The notes beneath the pieces were generated by a model that searched no databases, was not told where the DNA came from, and was given only the letters and a program-made list of their open reading frames with translations. This document shows positions 18,421 to 27,839 of a stretch of DNA of 64,000 bases, piece by piece (position 1 is the stretch's first letter; every line of letters begins with the position of its first letter). Position numbers and translations under genes: made by a program. The stretch lies in the IMG/VR virus record IMGVR_UViG_3300018080_000122, positions 51,572 to 115,571 of that record, one strand, 5' to 3'. This DNA is from a virus.

Positions 18421-19059
18421 CTACTTTAATTCACCTGCGGCCAAATCCGCACGGCAATAACCACATAAATTAAGTCCCCCAACGGGGAACATTATACACC
18501 CGAGAGTGCTACAGTGATGTCCCACTGGATGTTTATGATGCGTCTGCATTTTCAGGTATTTGTCCACCAGGCCCACACAATGAAGCCATTCGTGCACGAT
18601 AGTACATTGGAGTGCCTGAGTGTTATTTCCGTACACCTGCGGAAACACGGCGAAGTCCCTTCGATTCCAGGACTTCCCACCTATAGTCGGGCTATCGGCA
18701 TGCACGCCCAACGCCCACAGCATATAAAATGTGTCCTTGTTTTTCTTGTTTAAGAACACAAATTTTCTGCAATCAAAGATGTCCCAAGTGCCATGACCCT
18801 GTTCTGGAACGCCTTTATCAAGTCTGAACTCCACAACAGTCCCGTACGAGCACGCCGACTGCATAATATTCTTAGCTGCCTGGAGAACGGCTGGTGGAGG
18901 AGGTTCTGGCGTAGTCCAGTCCACTTCAATAACAATGCGTTTGGTAGTTTGATTTGGGCCGTCGACGACCTCAACAGAAGGGCACCCAAACAATAAAACA
19001 AGAATAATGCTACTCAGGCTTAGCTTGAATAGACCCCTCGAACACTTCGTAATCCTCAT
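18421..19059 (-). CDS. zincin-type zinc metalloprotease, putative lipoprotein
   Basis: HEWLHCVGL (HExxH) followed by GHHCSTLGCIM...LCGYC. Start placed at ATG 19059, giving signal MRITKCSRGLFKLSLSSIILVLLFGC. Confidence 0.7.
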   Translation of the reverse strand: MRITKCSRGLFKLSLSSIILVLLFGCPSVEVVDGPNQTTKRIVIEVDWTTPEPPPPAVLQAAKNIMQSACSYGTVVEFRLDKGVPEQGHGTWDIFDCRKFVFLNKKNKDTFYMLWALGVHADSPTIGGKSWNRRDFAVFPQVYGNNTQALQCTIVHEWLHCVGLVDKYLKMQTHHKHPVGHHCSTLGCIMFPVGGLNLCGYCRADLAAGELK

Positions 19060-19285
19060 TTGTGACACCTTCTGGAAGTCTGTCTGCCCACGCAGTCTGC
19101 ACGCCGTCCTTCTTCCATGTGTGAGGAGCGTCATAGCAACTTATAACAGGTGAAGGCGTTTCCCCAAAAGCCCGCTCTATCTCGGCTATGGCGTAACTTT
19201 CTCTGGTCGGTTGCCCATCTCCATGCCCCCAAGCAAACTGGACGGTGTTATCAGACATACCGCATGCAAATATTTCTTTAGCCAT
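19010..19285 (-). CDS. small fibre-associated protein (chaperone-like)
   Basis: 91 aa, TAATG-coupled directly after a fibre gene. Confidence 0.5.
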   Translation of the reverse strand: MAKEIFACGMSDNTVQFAWGHGDGQPTRESYAIAEIERAFGETPSPVISCYDAPHTWKKDGVQTAWADRLPEGVTNEDYEVFEGSIQAKPE

Positions 19286-20508
19286 TAGACGTACTCCCCC
19301 AAGAGGTTGAAGTTGCAGAAATTGAATGAGCTGCCCGTTTCTCGCAGCTCCAAGTAATCTCCAGCACTTAGGCTTATAGGGCTTGTAAACGCCCCTTGCC
19401 CACGGGGAGTGGTGTACGTAATAGAGTCCGCCAAAATACCGTTGACATACACGCCCATGACTGGAGAACCCCCCGCGCTGTTGGCGTAGTAAGCCCAGTC
19501 TGTAAGCGAGTAATTTGCAGGTACTGGGTGCCTCGTTTCCTGGCTGCTGGCAGCAGCGGCTATTTCACTTGAATTGCCGAACGGGAAGAGGTAGAAGGCC
19601 CCTGTACCCGTATCTCCACCAAAAGTGAAGATCTCGGAATCTTGGCCATAGTCCACCCCAGCCACAAAAACAGTCTCCGCGCTGCTAGCAAACCCTGACG
19701 TAGACCGCAATTCAAAGTAGTCCCCAGAAACCAAAGACTCGCCGCCCCATATGTGCGTGCCATGTTGCTCGCCCGCACGGATCACAAAGCTATGCGCCAG
19801 GGCTCCGTTGACATAAACGCCGATTGTACCCCCATCCCCTAGTTCTCTGCGCCACGATACCGAATTAAGAGTGCCCGATCCTGGCACGGGGTGATCCGCG
19901 AAACCTGCGCCAGCAGTGCCCCCAGAATTGGCCCGCATCGTCAAAGAACCAGTGAACGTCCTACCGAAAACGTAAGTGGCTGCCCGACGGTAAGTGCTCG
20001 CCATCAAAATTATGTTGGTGCTTGTGGCAGCGATATTAGCTACTCTACCAACCAAGCTGCTCTCATCAACAGTGGTGAACACGTCTCCCAGCAAGTTACC
20101 ACTGCCGTCGTTGGTGAACTCTTGCTCAAAGGCCGCAGAGCCCTTCAAAGCACCAGCTTGCCAGACGTCAGAGGCGGACCCACGGATCGCCACTTTACGT
20201 AGTTCTCCTGGATGGCCCCCAGGAAAAACGTAACCAGCAGTGGAAAAACGCATCCGTGTGTCGTAGTGGAATCTGTAGAACATGTGAGAGATAGTCGTCT
20301 CCAGGTCTGGGGGGTCAATGGTGCCCCATCCGGAAGGCTGACTATAATCCGATATCAATAATTTGTTGTTCCCCGCAGGCGCAGGAATAGCTGCTGGAGT
20401 TGCAGCAGCGCTTGCCCCAACAATCTGGCCACGCTGGGTGAGAACGCTCTTCTTTATCTCGAAGTCGCCTACTGGCAAGCCGTCGACGTGGATGTCGCCA
20501 CCGCTCAT
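19285..20508 (-). CDS. fibre/receptor-binding protein with tandem jelly-roll repeats (paralog family B)
   Basis: Repeated F.FG...HPVP...W...VYVNG...SAGDY.ELR units. Confidence 0.65.
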   Translation of the reverse strand: MSGGDIHVDGLPVGDFEIKKSVLTQRGQIVGASAAATPAAIPAPAGNNKLLISDYSQPSGWGTIDPPDLETTISHMFYRFHYDTRMRFSTAGYVFPGGHPGELRKVAIRGSASDVWQAGALKGSAAFEQEFTNDGSGNLLGDVFTTVDESSLVGRVANIAATSTNIILMASTYRRAATYVFGRTFTGSLTMRANSGGTAGAGFADHPVPGSGTLNSVSWRRELGDGGTIGVYVNGALAHSFVIRAGEQHGTHIWGGESLVSGDYFELRSTSGFASSAETVFVAGVDYGQDSEIFTFGGDTGTGAFYLFPFGNSSEIAAAASSQETRHPVPANYSLTDWAYYANSAGGSPVMGVYVNGILADSITYTTPRGQGAFTSPISLSAGDYLELRETGSSFNFCNFNLLGEYV

Positions 20509-20511
20509 ATC

Positions 20512-21174
20512 TTACTCCTGCTCAAAGTAGGGGCGCCCAATGTAAAGCTCTTCCCCAGAGTCAAGGGTGGCCAAGATGTCAATAAAGAAACGTTTCTTGG
20601 CCCCTGTGGGTTGATTGGAGAAATCAGTGTCCACAAGAGATCGCTCGGTCAGCGTTCCAGGCGCGGTCTGTATCCCCTCACCAAATTGGTCCACTGCACC
20701 TTGCCCATCCACGTACACCCGGATCGTGTACTGTGGTGAGGCTCCCACACCTTTAATGGGGATCTTCAGACTAGTGATTGTGGTCTGGCTTGGCCCTAAC
20801 CGCCCAGCAAATACCACTGATAGGGTGGCTCCTGCAGAAGTTGAGACCACCTTCCAGTAGCCCTCAAAATCTCCACTGTAACTAGGGGCGTCTCGTTGCG
20901 CAGATATCGTTCCAGAAACGCCATCCTGCCCAGCGTAGACAAGATAGCCTTTAGTAGCCCCTAACAGGCCGTCGATATATTCTTTTTGGGTCTTGCCGTC
21001 CCATACGTGTCGGTCGCCAGGCATAATTGGAAGCGCCTCCAAAACGCCACCAGTACCTGCACCTAATACCAGAGCGGGTACTGTGTTTAGTGGTCCACCA
21101 GATCCAGAGCCTAATACCAGAGCGGGTACTGTGTTTAGTGATCCGCCAGATCCAGAGCCTAATACTCCAGCCAT
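20512..21174 (-). CDS. virion protein with GSGSGG-repeat leader
   Basis: N-terminal (VLGSGSGGxLNTVPAL)x2 plus a third degenerate unit; C-domain resembles the C-terminus of 28536..29888. Confidence 0.6.
   Translation of the reverse strand: MAGVLGSGSGGSLNTVPALVLGSGSGGPLNTVPALVLGAGTGGVLEALPIMPGDRHVWDGKTQKEYIDGLLGATKGYLVYAGQDGVSGTISAQRDAPSYSGDFEGYWKVVSTSAGATLSVVFAGRLGPSQTTITSLKIPIKGVGASPQYTIRVYVDGQGAVDQFGEGIQTAPGTLTERSLVDTDFSNQPTGAKKRFFIDILATLDSGEELYIGRPYFEQE
21062..21165. repeat. 48-bp in-frame tandem repeat, two copies plus a partial
   Basis: cctaataccagagcgggtactgtgtttagtg(g/a)tcc(a/g)ccagatccagag at 21062 and 21110, differing at 2 of 48 positions. Confidence 0.9.
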
Positions 21175-21183
21175 TCGAAGCCT

Positions 21184-22350
21184 CTAGAACCTCATGAACA
21201 AATTGAAAATTACCCCGCCCCACGATGCTGTCGTGTGTTTCAATTCCACGTAGTCTCCTGCGGACACACTGATCGGGGTGGTGAACGTTCCGTTGTCAGG
21301 CTCAGACCCAGTATAAGTAATGGTATCCTGTTGTGCGCCATTCACCAAGACCGCGACGACGGGGGTGCCGCTTCCGGTCATATCGTTGTAGGCCCATGCG
21401 GTGATCTCGCCGTCCTTGGGGATCGGATGTCTAGTGGGGATTCCCGATGCAGATACTTCGCTGGTGACTGACGTAGCAAAGGGCGTAAGATAATAATCCA
21501 CGGTGGACATATCCCCGCCGAACGTCAGGATCTCGCCGTCCTCACCGCTGTCCGGAAGGAATCCAAGGATGGCTAGAGTCTCGACATCAGAGCCCGTCAC
21601 GTTGTACATTTGGGTGTACAGAACGTCGCCCGCGTCAACATCTTGGCCAACGAAGAAGAGGGTTCCATGTTGTTGTGATTGCCCCCCGAAGGGGAAGGAC
21701 AGGAATTGATAATCGGTCTGGGAACCGTCTAGAAAAGCCCGCAAACTTCCTGAGTCTCCATTCTCTCTGCGCCACGCCATACACACGACCTTGCCGTCAA
21801 CAGGAACGGGATGATAAATGGAGCCGGTGGTCGCGTACCCATCGCCATTTGCCATGAGATATGCAGAGCCGGAATCGTATTTTCCGAAGACAAAGGTAGC
21901 GATGTTAGTATCGAGAGCTGCCAAACAGATCAATTTATTGGCGCTGCTGCCGACGCTTTCCAAATTGCCGACCAGAGAATGGGGGTTGATCGGGACAGAG
22001 AAATCTACATTGGCCACACCATTCGATCCGTCGTGGGTTGTAAGGAGATGTACCCTCCCAGAATCTTCTACGAATGTGTAGATGGAATCGTTGACCGTTC
22101 CTCTACTTGATATCTTGGTGATCCGTCCACCAGCGATTCCAGGGTAAGACGGAAGATTTGAAGAGGCGGAACCCACCATCGGCCTGTCTGAGTTGAAGCG
22201 AAAAAAACTGTGGCCTAGCGAGCCTCCGGGTATTGGGGAAGCGCCTACTACAAATGTCTCGTTGGCTATCTTGATAATGTGATCGTTGGCCTGCCCACTA
22301 GCGTCAAGATTGCCAACAGAGATTGGAATTTTTGGTAAAAGGTCGGCCAA
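21184..22350 (-). CDS. fibre/receptor-binding protein with tandem jelly-roll repeats (paralog family B)
   Basis: Collinear with 19285..20508 (FVFG, HPVP, WRRE.GD.G, QHGT, EI.TFGGD, TRHP.P, FT.PIS.SAGDY). Start re-assigned to TTG 22350 after an AAGGAG SD. Confidence 0.65.
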   Translation of the reverse strand: MADLLPKIPISVGNLDASGQANDHIIKIANETFVVGASPIPGGSLGHSFFRFNSDRPMVGSASSNLPSYPGIAGGRITKISSRGTVNDSIYTFVEDSGRVHLLTTHDGSNGVANVDFSVPINPHSLVGNLESVGSSANKLICLAALDTNIATFVFGKYDSGSAYLMANGDGYATTGSIYHPVPVDGKVVCMAWRRENGDSGSLRAFLDGSQTDYQFLSFPFGGQSQQHGTLFFVGQDVDAGDVLYTQMYNVTGSDVETLAILGFLPDSGEDGEILTFGGDMSTVDYYLTPFATSVTSEVSASGIPTRHPIPKDGEITAWAYNDMTGSGTPVVAVLVNGAQQDTITYTGSEPDNGTFTTPISVSAGDYVELKHTTASWGGVIFNLFMRF

Positions 22351-22351
22351 T

Positions 22352-22591
22352 CTACTCTCCTTGAGGGCTGCTATGAAAACCGCCCTCGTAGTAATACCAA
22401 TCCTGCTCAGACAAGTCAGGGCACGAGATGGAAACAGAGACCTGCTCTTCGTTCGTTGCATCAAAAGAACCGTCGCTGCTGAAATCGCATTTACCCCATC
22501 GTAGGACCTGCGTTGCGACAAGAGACGCTTCTACAGCAAGTCGATGACTCCAACCTGTGTGATTTTGCTTAGCTATCACTACATTTTTCAT
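22352..22591 (-). CDS. small fibre-associated protein (chaperone-like)
   Basis: GAGG SD and ATG 22591; 79 aa; C-terminus P.....W.YYEG.F...P echoes 19010..19285. Confidence 0.5.
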   Translation of the reverse strand: MKNVVIAKQNHTGWSHRLAVEASLVATQVLRWGKCDFSSDGSFDATNEEQVSVSISCPDLSEQDWYYYEGGFHSSPQGE

Positions 22592-22598
22592 ATCATCC

Positions 22599-23900
22599 TC
22601 ACAGACTGAATATATATCCGAGGACTTCAATGTTTACTGATGCTGTGCCATCAATCCTACGGTACTCAATCAACGCCGAAGAATCAGTAACAATATTGAT
22701 TGTCGTGGCCCCATGCGCTTTCCACGCCAAGTGGCGAGCGTTGAAATCTACCCCAGTCACGAGATCGTTTGGATCGAACGCGAAGCGCGATGTCGCCGCG
22801 CTGGTGTAGCAATGGATCTCGGCCTCGCGGGATATCACAGGAGGCAGATAGTCAGATAGATCAACATCTGTCCCGGAAGCACTCGTAGCCGTTCCTCCTG
22901 ACAGCACTGTCAGATCATTACGGTCGACATGATAAATCAGCCGCCGCCGTCGGCCTTTACCAAGCACTTCGAAATCGCATATTTCTGTCGAATCATCTGA
23001 ACGGATCGCGCCAATCACCCGCTTGAGTGTGTAGCCTGATGGCATTGTTGGAGAGGTGCCGCTGAGAGAAGCAAGCCCAGCGACCGCTTTGGATGTGGGA
23101 TTTTTGATTGCCCAAATGTAGTACATGGTGTCCGATGCTTGCGAGCCCGTGTCTAAACCGTTTGCCCCAGTCGTTCCCAGGTTGATTGTTTGTGTTGTTT
23201 GGAATAAGATATCGTCAGTGTCGGAATCGTCCCGGCATCTCCCCGTTCCTATATCAACTGTCGTCGTTGAGTTGTAAGCTAGGACCATCTCGTTGATCCC
23301 GCCAGGGGACATGATGCCTTCACGAGTGACATTACTAGCTTCTACATCCACATTGGCAGTGGCTTTTTCCAGTCGCCAATCACCCCCGTGCTCGTTGGAC
23401 GGAGCGTCCCTTCGAGCAACCTTTAAGTAAACTAACGCTCCAACTGACAGATCTGTATTTGAGATCGTGCGAAGCGTGAACCGCTCTTGGGTGTCAGCGG
23501 ACGATCCTGGGGAGAGATCTGCATTCGTGGCCGTGAGGGTCGTCGTGGTCCCGTCGGGATGCGCAATCACCCCCTCGGTGGCTATTCTAACTGTCTTGCT
23601 TGCCTCAGCAGTGGACATGCCTGCCACAGCTTTGATAACCATGTCTGACGAGCCGTCCCACCCATCTGATACGCCGACTTTGAAATAGACTTCTTCATCC
23701 GCTGCAAAATCAATTACTGGGATGCCGTCCATGGTGCCTGCATCGGGAGGAGTCTCATCTGTAGAAAAGAACTGCGTCACTGTGATGGTGCCTGCCACTG
23801 TGTCGTCCAGTGTGAACGGAACCCAGTTGGAGCCATTCCAATGAAGTAGCTGATTGGTGGCGGCCCCAGATTGGCCTAGTTGTTTTGCCCTGGGCCTCAT
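22599..23900 (-). CDS. tail fibre-like protein
   Basis: GAATNQLLHWNGSNWVP fibre motif; GANGLDTGS...YYIWAI...SPTMPSGYT.KRVIG domain. Confidence 0.7.
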   Translation of the reverse strand: MRPRAKQLGQSGAATNQLLHWNGSNWVPFTLDDTVAGTITVTQFFSTDETPPDAGTMDGIPVIDFAADEEVYFKVGVSDGWDGSSDMVIKAVAGMSTAEASKTVRIATEGVIAHPDGTTTTLTATNADLSPGSSADTQERFTLRTISNTDLSVGALVYLKVARRDAPSNEHGGDWRLEKATANVDVEASNVTREGIMSPGGINEMVLAYNSTTTVDIGTGRCRDDSDTDDILFQTTQTINLGTTGANGLDTGSQASDTMYYIWAIKNPTSKAVAGLASLSGTSPTMPSGYTLKRVIGAIRSDDSTEICDFEVLGKGRRRRLIYHVDRNDLTVLSGGTATSASGTDVDLSDYLPPVISREAEIHCYTSAATSRFAFDPNDLVTGVDFNARHLAWKAHGATTINIVTDSSALIEYRRIDGTASVNIEVLGYIFSL

Positions 23901-23909
23901 GTGAACCTC

Positions 23910-24446
23910 TCAGTCGTCTATTTGAATCCAGACATTACGTATTACCAATGGGCCGCCACCCAACCCCATTGGCTCCTGCCCATTTATAGGCAAATCAGAC
24001 AACCTAATGATGAGGCTCCCCGCCAACATCCAATCTGTATGTATTTCTTCGAGGGGTATTTTGAAACTCCAGCGATGGCTCTCGCCTTTTTTGCATGTGA
24101 TAGGCATCACGTTTCCGTTGTGATCCCCAGTGACCATCTCCACAGCGGACCCGTCTACTTTACGAAATCTGTAAGACGCCAGGAATTTCGTGTCGGCAAA
24201 AGAGGTGAATTCCATTACCACATGGAAGGCCAGCATTCTCATTCTAGGGATCGGCACTGGGGCGAATGCGACCGCGCCATCACCCTCAAACACTAGGCCA
24301 TCAACAATATAATCTTTGTTGACGTTCCAAAACGCACCCTTCTCTAAGACTGGGGTTAACGCCACGGTTGGAAAATCGGGAACTCCTCGCATCTGTTTGG
24401 TACGAGGAGCTGTGTTCATGTACTTCTTACGGTTACGATCTTGCAT
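23910..24446 (-). CDS. hypothetical beta-sandwich protein
   Basis: 178-aa ORF within the structural gene run. Confidence 0.5.
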   Translation of the reverse strand: MQDRNRKKYMNTAPRTKQMRGVPDFPTVALTPVLEKGAFWNVNKDYIVDGLVFEGDGAVAFAPVPIPRMRMLAFHVVMEFTSFADTKFLASYRFRKVDGSAVEMVTGDHNGNVMPITCKKGESHRWSFKIPLEEIHTDWMLAGSLIIRLSDLPINGQEPMGLGGGPLVIRNVWIQIDD

Positions 24447-24464
24447 TCTTGCCCCTTTCGAAGA

Positions 24465-24520
24465 GGGGTGGAGGAGAACAGGGGCGCATTCGGGGCAAGG
24501 TTACCTGTTCTCCTCTCCCC
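24465..24520 (-). terminator. GC-rich stem-loop downstream of gene 24534..26156 (terminator or mRNA-stabilising)
   Basis: Perfect 12-bp arms GAGGAGAACAGG (24471-24482) and CCTGTTCTCCTC (24504-24515); only a weak U-tract. Confidence 0.5.
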
Positions 24521-24533
24521 AACTTCTGCCTAG

Positions 24534-26156
24534 TTAGTCACTGGAGGTGTAGGCGGCGACCATGACGTCATTCGTGTCCTGATCGACAGCGGTGCCACTA
24601 GAAGCCAGCCACGTAATCGTCTTGTTGCCAGTTCCACCCAGTGTATAGTCCTTGCCCGAACCTTGCTGCTGCAGAATGCCGTTGAGGTAGATCTTGACCG
24701 CCAGCACCGCAGTGGGCGTGTTGGTCAAGGTGTCAGTCATTGCGGTGTCGGAACCGGAAATCGCTTGTGTGGTGATTTCCTCCTGACGAGCCGTACCGCC
24801 CAGACTGCCCAGCTGTTGGTCGATGCCATAAAGATGCGCCGTCAGGTTATCGACGCTATCGGCCTCAGTAGGAGTCGTGCTGGGAGTGTAGTTCGTGGGG
24901 TCCCAGTCAATGTCCAGCTTATCGCCATCGATCTCGGCGTTTCCACCCGTGATCAGCTGTGCGGGGTTGACCGCAACATCGTCGGCGTTGACCGTTATAC
25001 CGTTGCCCTCGCCCACGTTTAAAGTGTTGCCGTCTTTGGTAAGACCGGAGCCTGCGTTAACCTGGCCAGCACCAGAGAACTGAATCCAGGAACCAGTGGG
25101 AACGCCACCATCGAAGACGAACGCGTTGTTTTCCCAGTAGGCACCTTCACCATTCACGAGGATGCCGTCGCCATCTGAGGGACTGGTCAGCGTGGGCGTG
25201 AGTGAAGTTCCATCCCATTCGGCGTACTTAGCATTGTCTGTGTTATCTGTCAGCGGCGAGATGAGGGGGGTACCGTCATCCTCAGCACAGACCGCGCGAG
25301 TGCCTGCAGGGGGGTAGTTACTGGACTGATCGACAATCAACTGCCAGTTAGCACCGTCATACTGAAAGATATCGCCAACTTCTGCCGCCGTACCATCAAT
25401 AGTGGCGTCACCGTCGGTGGCAGAAACCACATAAGTATCGCCATCGTTGGGAGAAAGTCCCTCAATGGTAGTTTCTGCGGCGTTACCCACGTAATTCATC
25501 AGGTCTACAGGCTCGTTCCACTGGATGCCCGAGACCAAAGAATCCGCGTACGATTTATTCACGGGGTCGTTGGCGGTGTCGGGCGTACCCGTAACTTGCA
25601 GCGTGTCGACAGTGAACGTCCAAGAACCTGCCGAGATGGAAACGGAAGTAGAAGCATTGGCTTCGTCGATAGCAATGCCAGAACCATCGACTTTGACACC
25701 CTTGTTAGCTGCCACCGACGCGGCGAGGGCGGAACCGCCACCACCGGTCAAACCGTTTCCAGCTGCTGCTGTCGCAATGCGAAGACCGTTAGCTGCGACT
25801 TCCACGCCGGGAATGCCGCCGCCGTCCGTCGTGTTGGGCAGAACGGAAAGTGCAGATCCGCCGCCACCCGTAAGACCATTGCCAGCCGCTGAAGTTGCCA
25901 GATGCGTGCCTGTGATTACACCAGAACCAACAGAAAGACCGGAAGCAGTGCTAGACAGTGTGGACCCGTTGAGTTTGACCTCCAAACCCCCATTGGTCGC
26001 GTCAGCCTGAAGGCTACCATCTGCTTCAAGTCGAAGTTGCTTAGCAGGAATTCCCACTAGAATGCCCTCCAGGGGGCCGCCGGAGCCGCTCCCTAATACT
26101 TGACCAGGAATACTGTTCAGGTTGCCACCTGAACCAGAACCAAGATTGCCGGCCAT
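24534..26156 (-). CDS. Gly-rich virion fibre/decoration protein
   Basis: GSGSGG leader, AAGNGLTGGGGSAL x2, NKSYADSLVSGIQW, WIQFSGAGQVNAGSGLTKDGNTL, C-terminal YLNGILQ...DYT domain. Confidence 0.7.
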   Translation of the reverse strand: MAGNLGSGSGGNLNSIPGQVLGSGSGGPLEGILVGIPAKQLRLEADGSLQADATNGGLEVKLNGSTLSSTASGLSVGSGVITGTHLATSAAGNGLTGGGGSALSVLPNTTDGGGIPGVEVAANGLRIATAAAGNGLTGGGGSALAASVAANKGVKVDGSGIAIDEANASTSVSISAGSWTFTVDTLQVTGTPDTANDPVNKSYADSLVSGIQWNEPVDLMNYVGNAAETTIEGLSPNDGDTYVVSATDGDATIDGTAAEVGDIFQYDGANWQLIVDQSSNYPPAGTRAVCAEDDGTPLISPLTDNTDNAKYAEWDGTSLTPTLTSPSDGDGILVNGEGAYWENNAFVFDGGVPTGSWIQFSGAGQVNAGSGLTKDGNTLNVGEGNGITVNADDVAVNPAQLITGGNAEIDGDKLDIDWDPTNYTPSTTPTEADSVDNLTAHLYGIDQQLGSLGGTARQEEITTQAISGSDTAMTDTLTNTPTAVLAVKIYLNGILQQQGSGKDYTLGGTGNKTITWLASSGTAVDQDTNDVMVAAYTSSD

Positions 26157-26168
26157 CTGCGGCGCCTC

Positions 26169-27839
26169 CTACGTGGACACAAATGGCCTTCGTTCGTACC
26201 ATGCTCCTAATTCTGCCCCGTCCACCAAAAACTGCCAAATTGCTGAGTACTCACTACCATCAGATGTAACCGTCCAAGTTTTGTCTGAATCTTTGAGTGA
26301 GCCGCCGCTCACATCACCAAGTGTGGCATCAAAGAACTCGTCATCCCCAGTGCCATACTCCCCCGTCAAGCTCCCACCCTTTTGCACCAGGTATTTCACG
26401 TCCACGCTACCGCCAGAACCGAAAACGCGCAGGAAAAATTTCTGCCCTCCTGGGACCGCCGTTCTCGGCCCTGGCGTGGTTGCGAAATTCATCCCGTCTT
26501 CGTAGTACGCGTCTCCGTCGCCGTAAGCAGTCTCACACGGGTGAAATGTCCCGCCGCCCGCAGACGAACCCAAATCAGTCCATGACGTTGGGCCAGCGCA
26601 TTCCAACTGCGCCAAATTGCCTGACCCGTAATAAGATTGGCAAATTATGTTTACCTTGGTGGCCCCAGTGGGCCCATTAGTATTTCGATCTCGGAACACC
26701 GTCATCATCTGGTAGGTCCGAGAACTATACCCAGAAGGGAGCGTGAGCCAAGTCGGTGACCAGGTGGATTTGTTGAACGACGAAGCCTGGGTAAGTGCCC
26801 CCTGCGACCAGATGACGATGAGAGTGCCATCGGGAGCCTCAAAAACACATGTCCCAATTACAGGGTCGCCACCGAGATAGGCATTGTATTTCAGGGAGAA
26901 GGTTCCGGCTTCGAGCCGCCAGAGCATGTGGTTGCCGCCACCTCCTCCTGACAGATAGAGATAGCCATCGCTGTCTACGCCCCAGTTGGACACCCGAACG
27001 TCGCTGGCGTTGATCCCAGTCAATAGGGTAACGGTCCCAGCCGCGAAATCCACCACCTTGAATTTGTCATCACCTGTAGCAGTTCCATAATCGGCAATAT
27101 AAACCTGGTTCTTGTACATGATCGAAGCCATGTTGATGGCCTGGAAAGTGGCGTCAGCCCCGGTCAGCGTGTGGTTACTCCAGGTATCAGTAGCGGGATT
27201 GTACTTGCAGAATTTGGCGGTGTTGTCTGTAGACGTTGCACGGAAAAGGTAGGCTATTTTCTCGATTCCGTCGCTGTCCACAAACCTGTAGAAGCCCTTG
27301 CCCAAAAGGTCGTGGGATGCTTCGGCACCGCCGGGGTTGGTCCACACGTGATCTGGGACTACAGCGTCTCCGAGATCGCTACCCGTCACGGCGGATGTCG
27401 AGCCGCTTTTGCTGCCACCATCATCAATATTCTCAGGCGATTGAAAATCAGCTGATGAGGCGTCCAGCTCGACTACCAAGTAAGTCGAGCCATCGGTATC
27501 ACGAACTGTGCCGCTCGCTCCCGATGTGGAACCATTAACATCGTCACCATTAACCCACGTATCGCTGGTCGTGATTGTTAATTTTTGAAGGCCATTGAAG
27601 GTCTTCCAGATGTAGGCGTTTGAAGAATCTGTTTCTTTGTTCACCGCGAATAATTGCATCTTATTCGTCACACCAGAGGCGTATCGCTCACAGGCAATCA
27701 CGGCCCTTCTCGGGCTAGCATAACTAAGGTGCGTGCTGTCAGCGGCGTTGAACGAGTTACCAAAAGTGGACAACGTCCCATTTTGTAACTGTACGAAGTT
27801 GGCTCCACTCTTGTCTATACCAAGAAGCTTGACTGCCAT
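26169..27839 (-). CDS. virion protein, possibly a beta-propeller with an inserted barrel
   Basis: YNPATDTW blade-like motifs; G.TSGASG.V barrel insert. Confidence 0.55.
   Translation of the reverse strand: MAVKLLGIDKSGANFVQLQNGTLSTFGNSFNAADSTHLSYASPRRAVIACERYASGVTNKMQLFAVNKETDSSNAYIWKTFNGLQKLTITTSDTWVNGDDVNGSTSGASGTVRDTDGSTYLVVELDASSADFQSPENIDDGGSKSGSTSAVTGSDLGDAVVPDHVWTNPGGAEASHDLLGKGFYRFVDSDGIEKIAYLFRATSTDNTAKFCKYNPATDTWSNHTLTGADATFQAINMASIMYKNQVYIADYGTATGDDKFKVVDFAAGTVTLLTGINASDVRVSNWGVDSDGYLYLSGGGGGNHMLWRLEAGTFSLKYNAYLGGDPVIGTCVFEAPDGTLIVIWSQGALTQASSFNKSTWSPTWLTLPSGYSSRTYQMMTVFRDRNTNGPTGATKVNIICQSYYGSGNLAQLECAGPTSWTDLGSSAGGGTFHPCETAYGDGDAYYEDGMNFATTPGPRTAVPGGQKFFLRVFGSGGSVDVKYLVQKGGSLTGEYGTGDDEFFDATLGDVSGGSLKDSDKTWTVTSDGSEYSAIWQFLVDGAELGAWYERRPFVST

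Noticed and set aside
21062-21165. Possible CRISPR-like repeat
   Set aside because: The units are directly adjacent with no spacers and encode an in-frame 16-aa peptide repeat.
22351-22521. N-terminal extension of ORF 21184..22521 given in the ORF track
   Set aside because: It overlaps a better-supported small gene (22352..22591); an SD plus TTG at 22350 gives a cleaner start.
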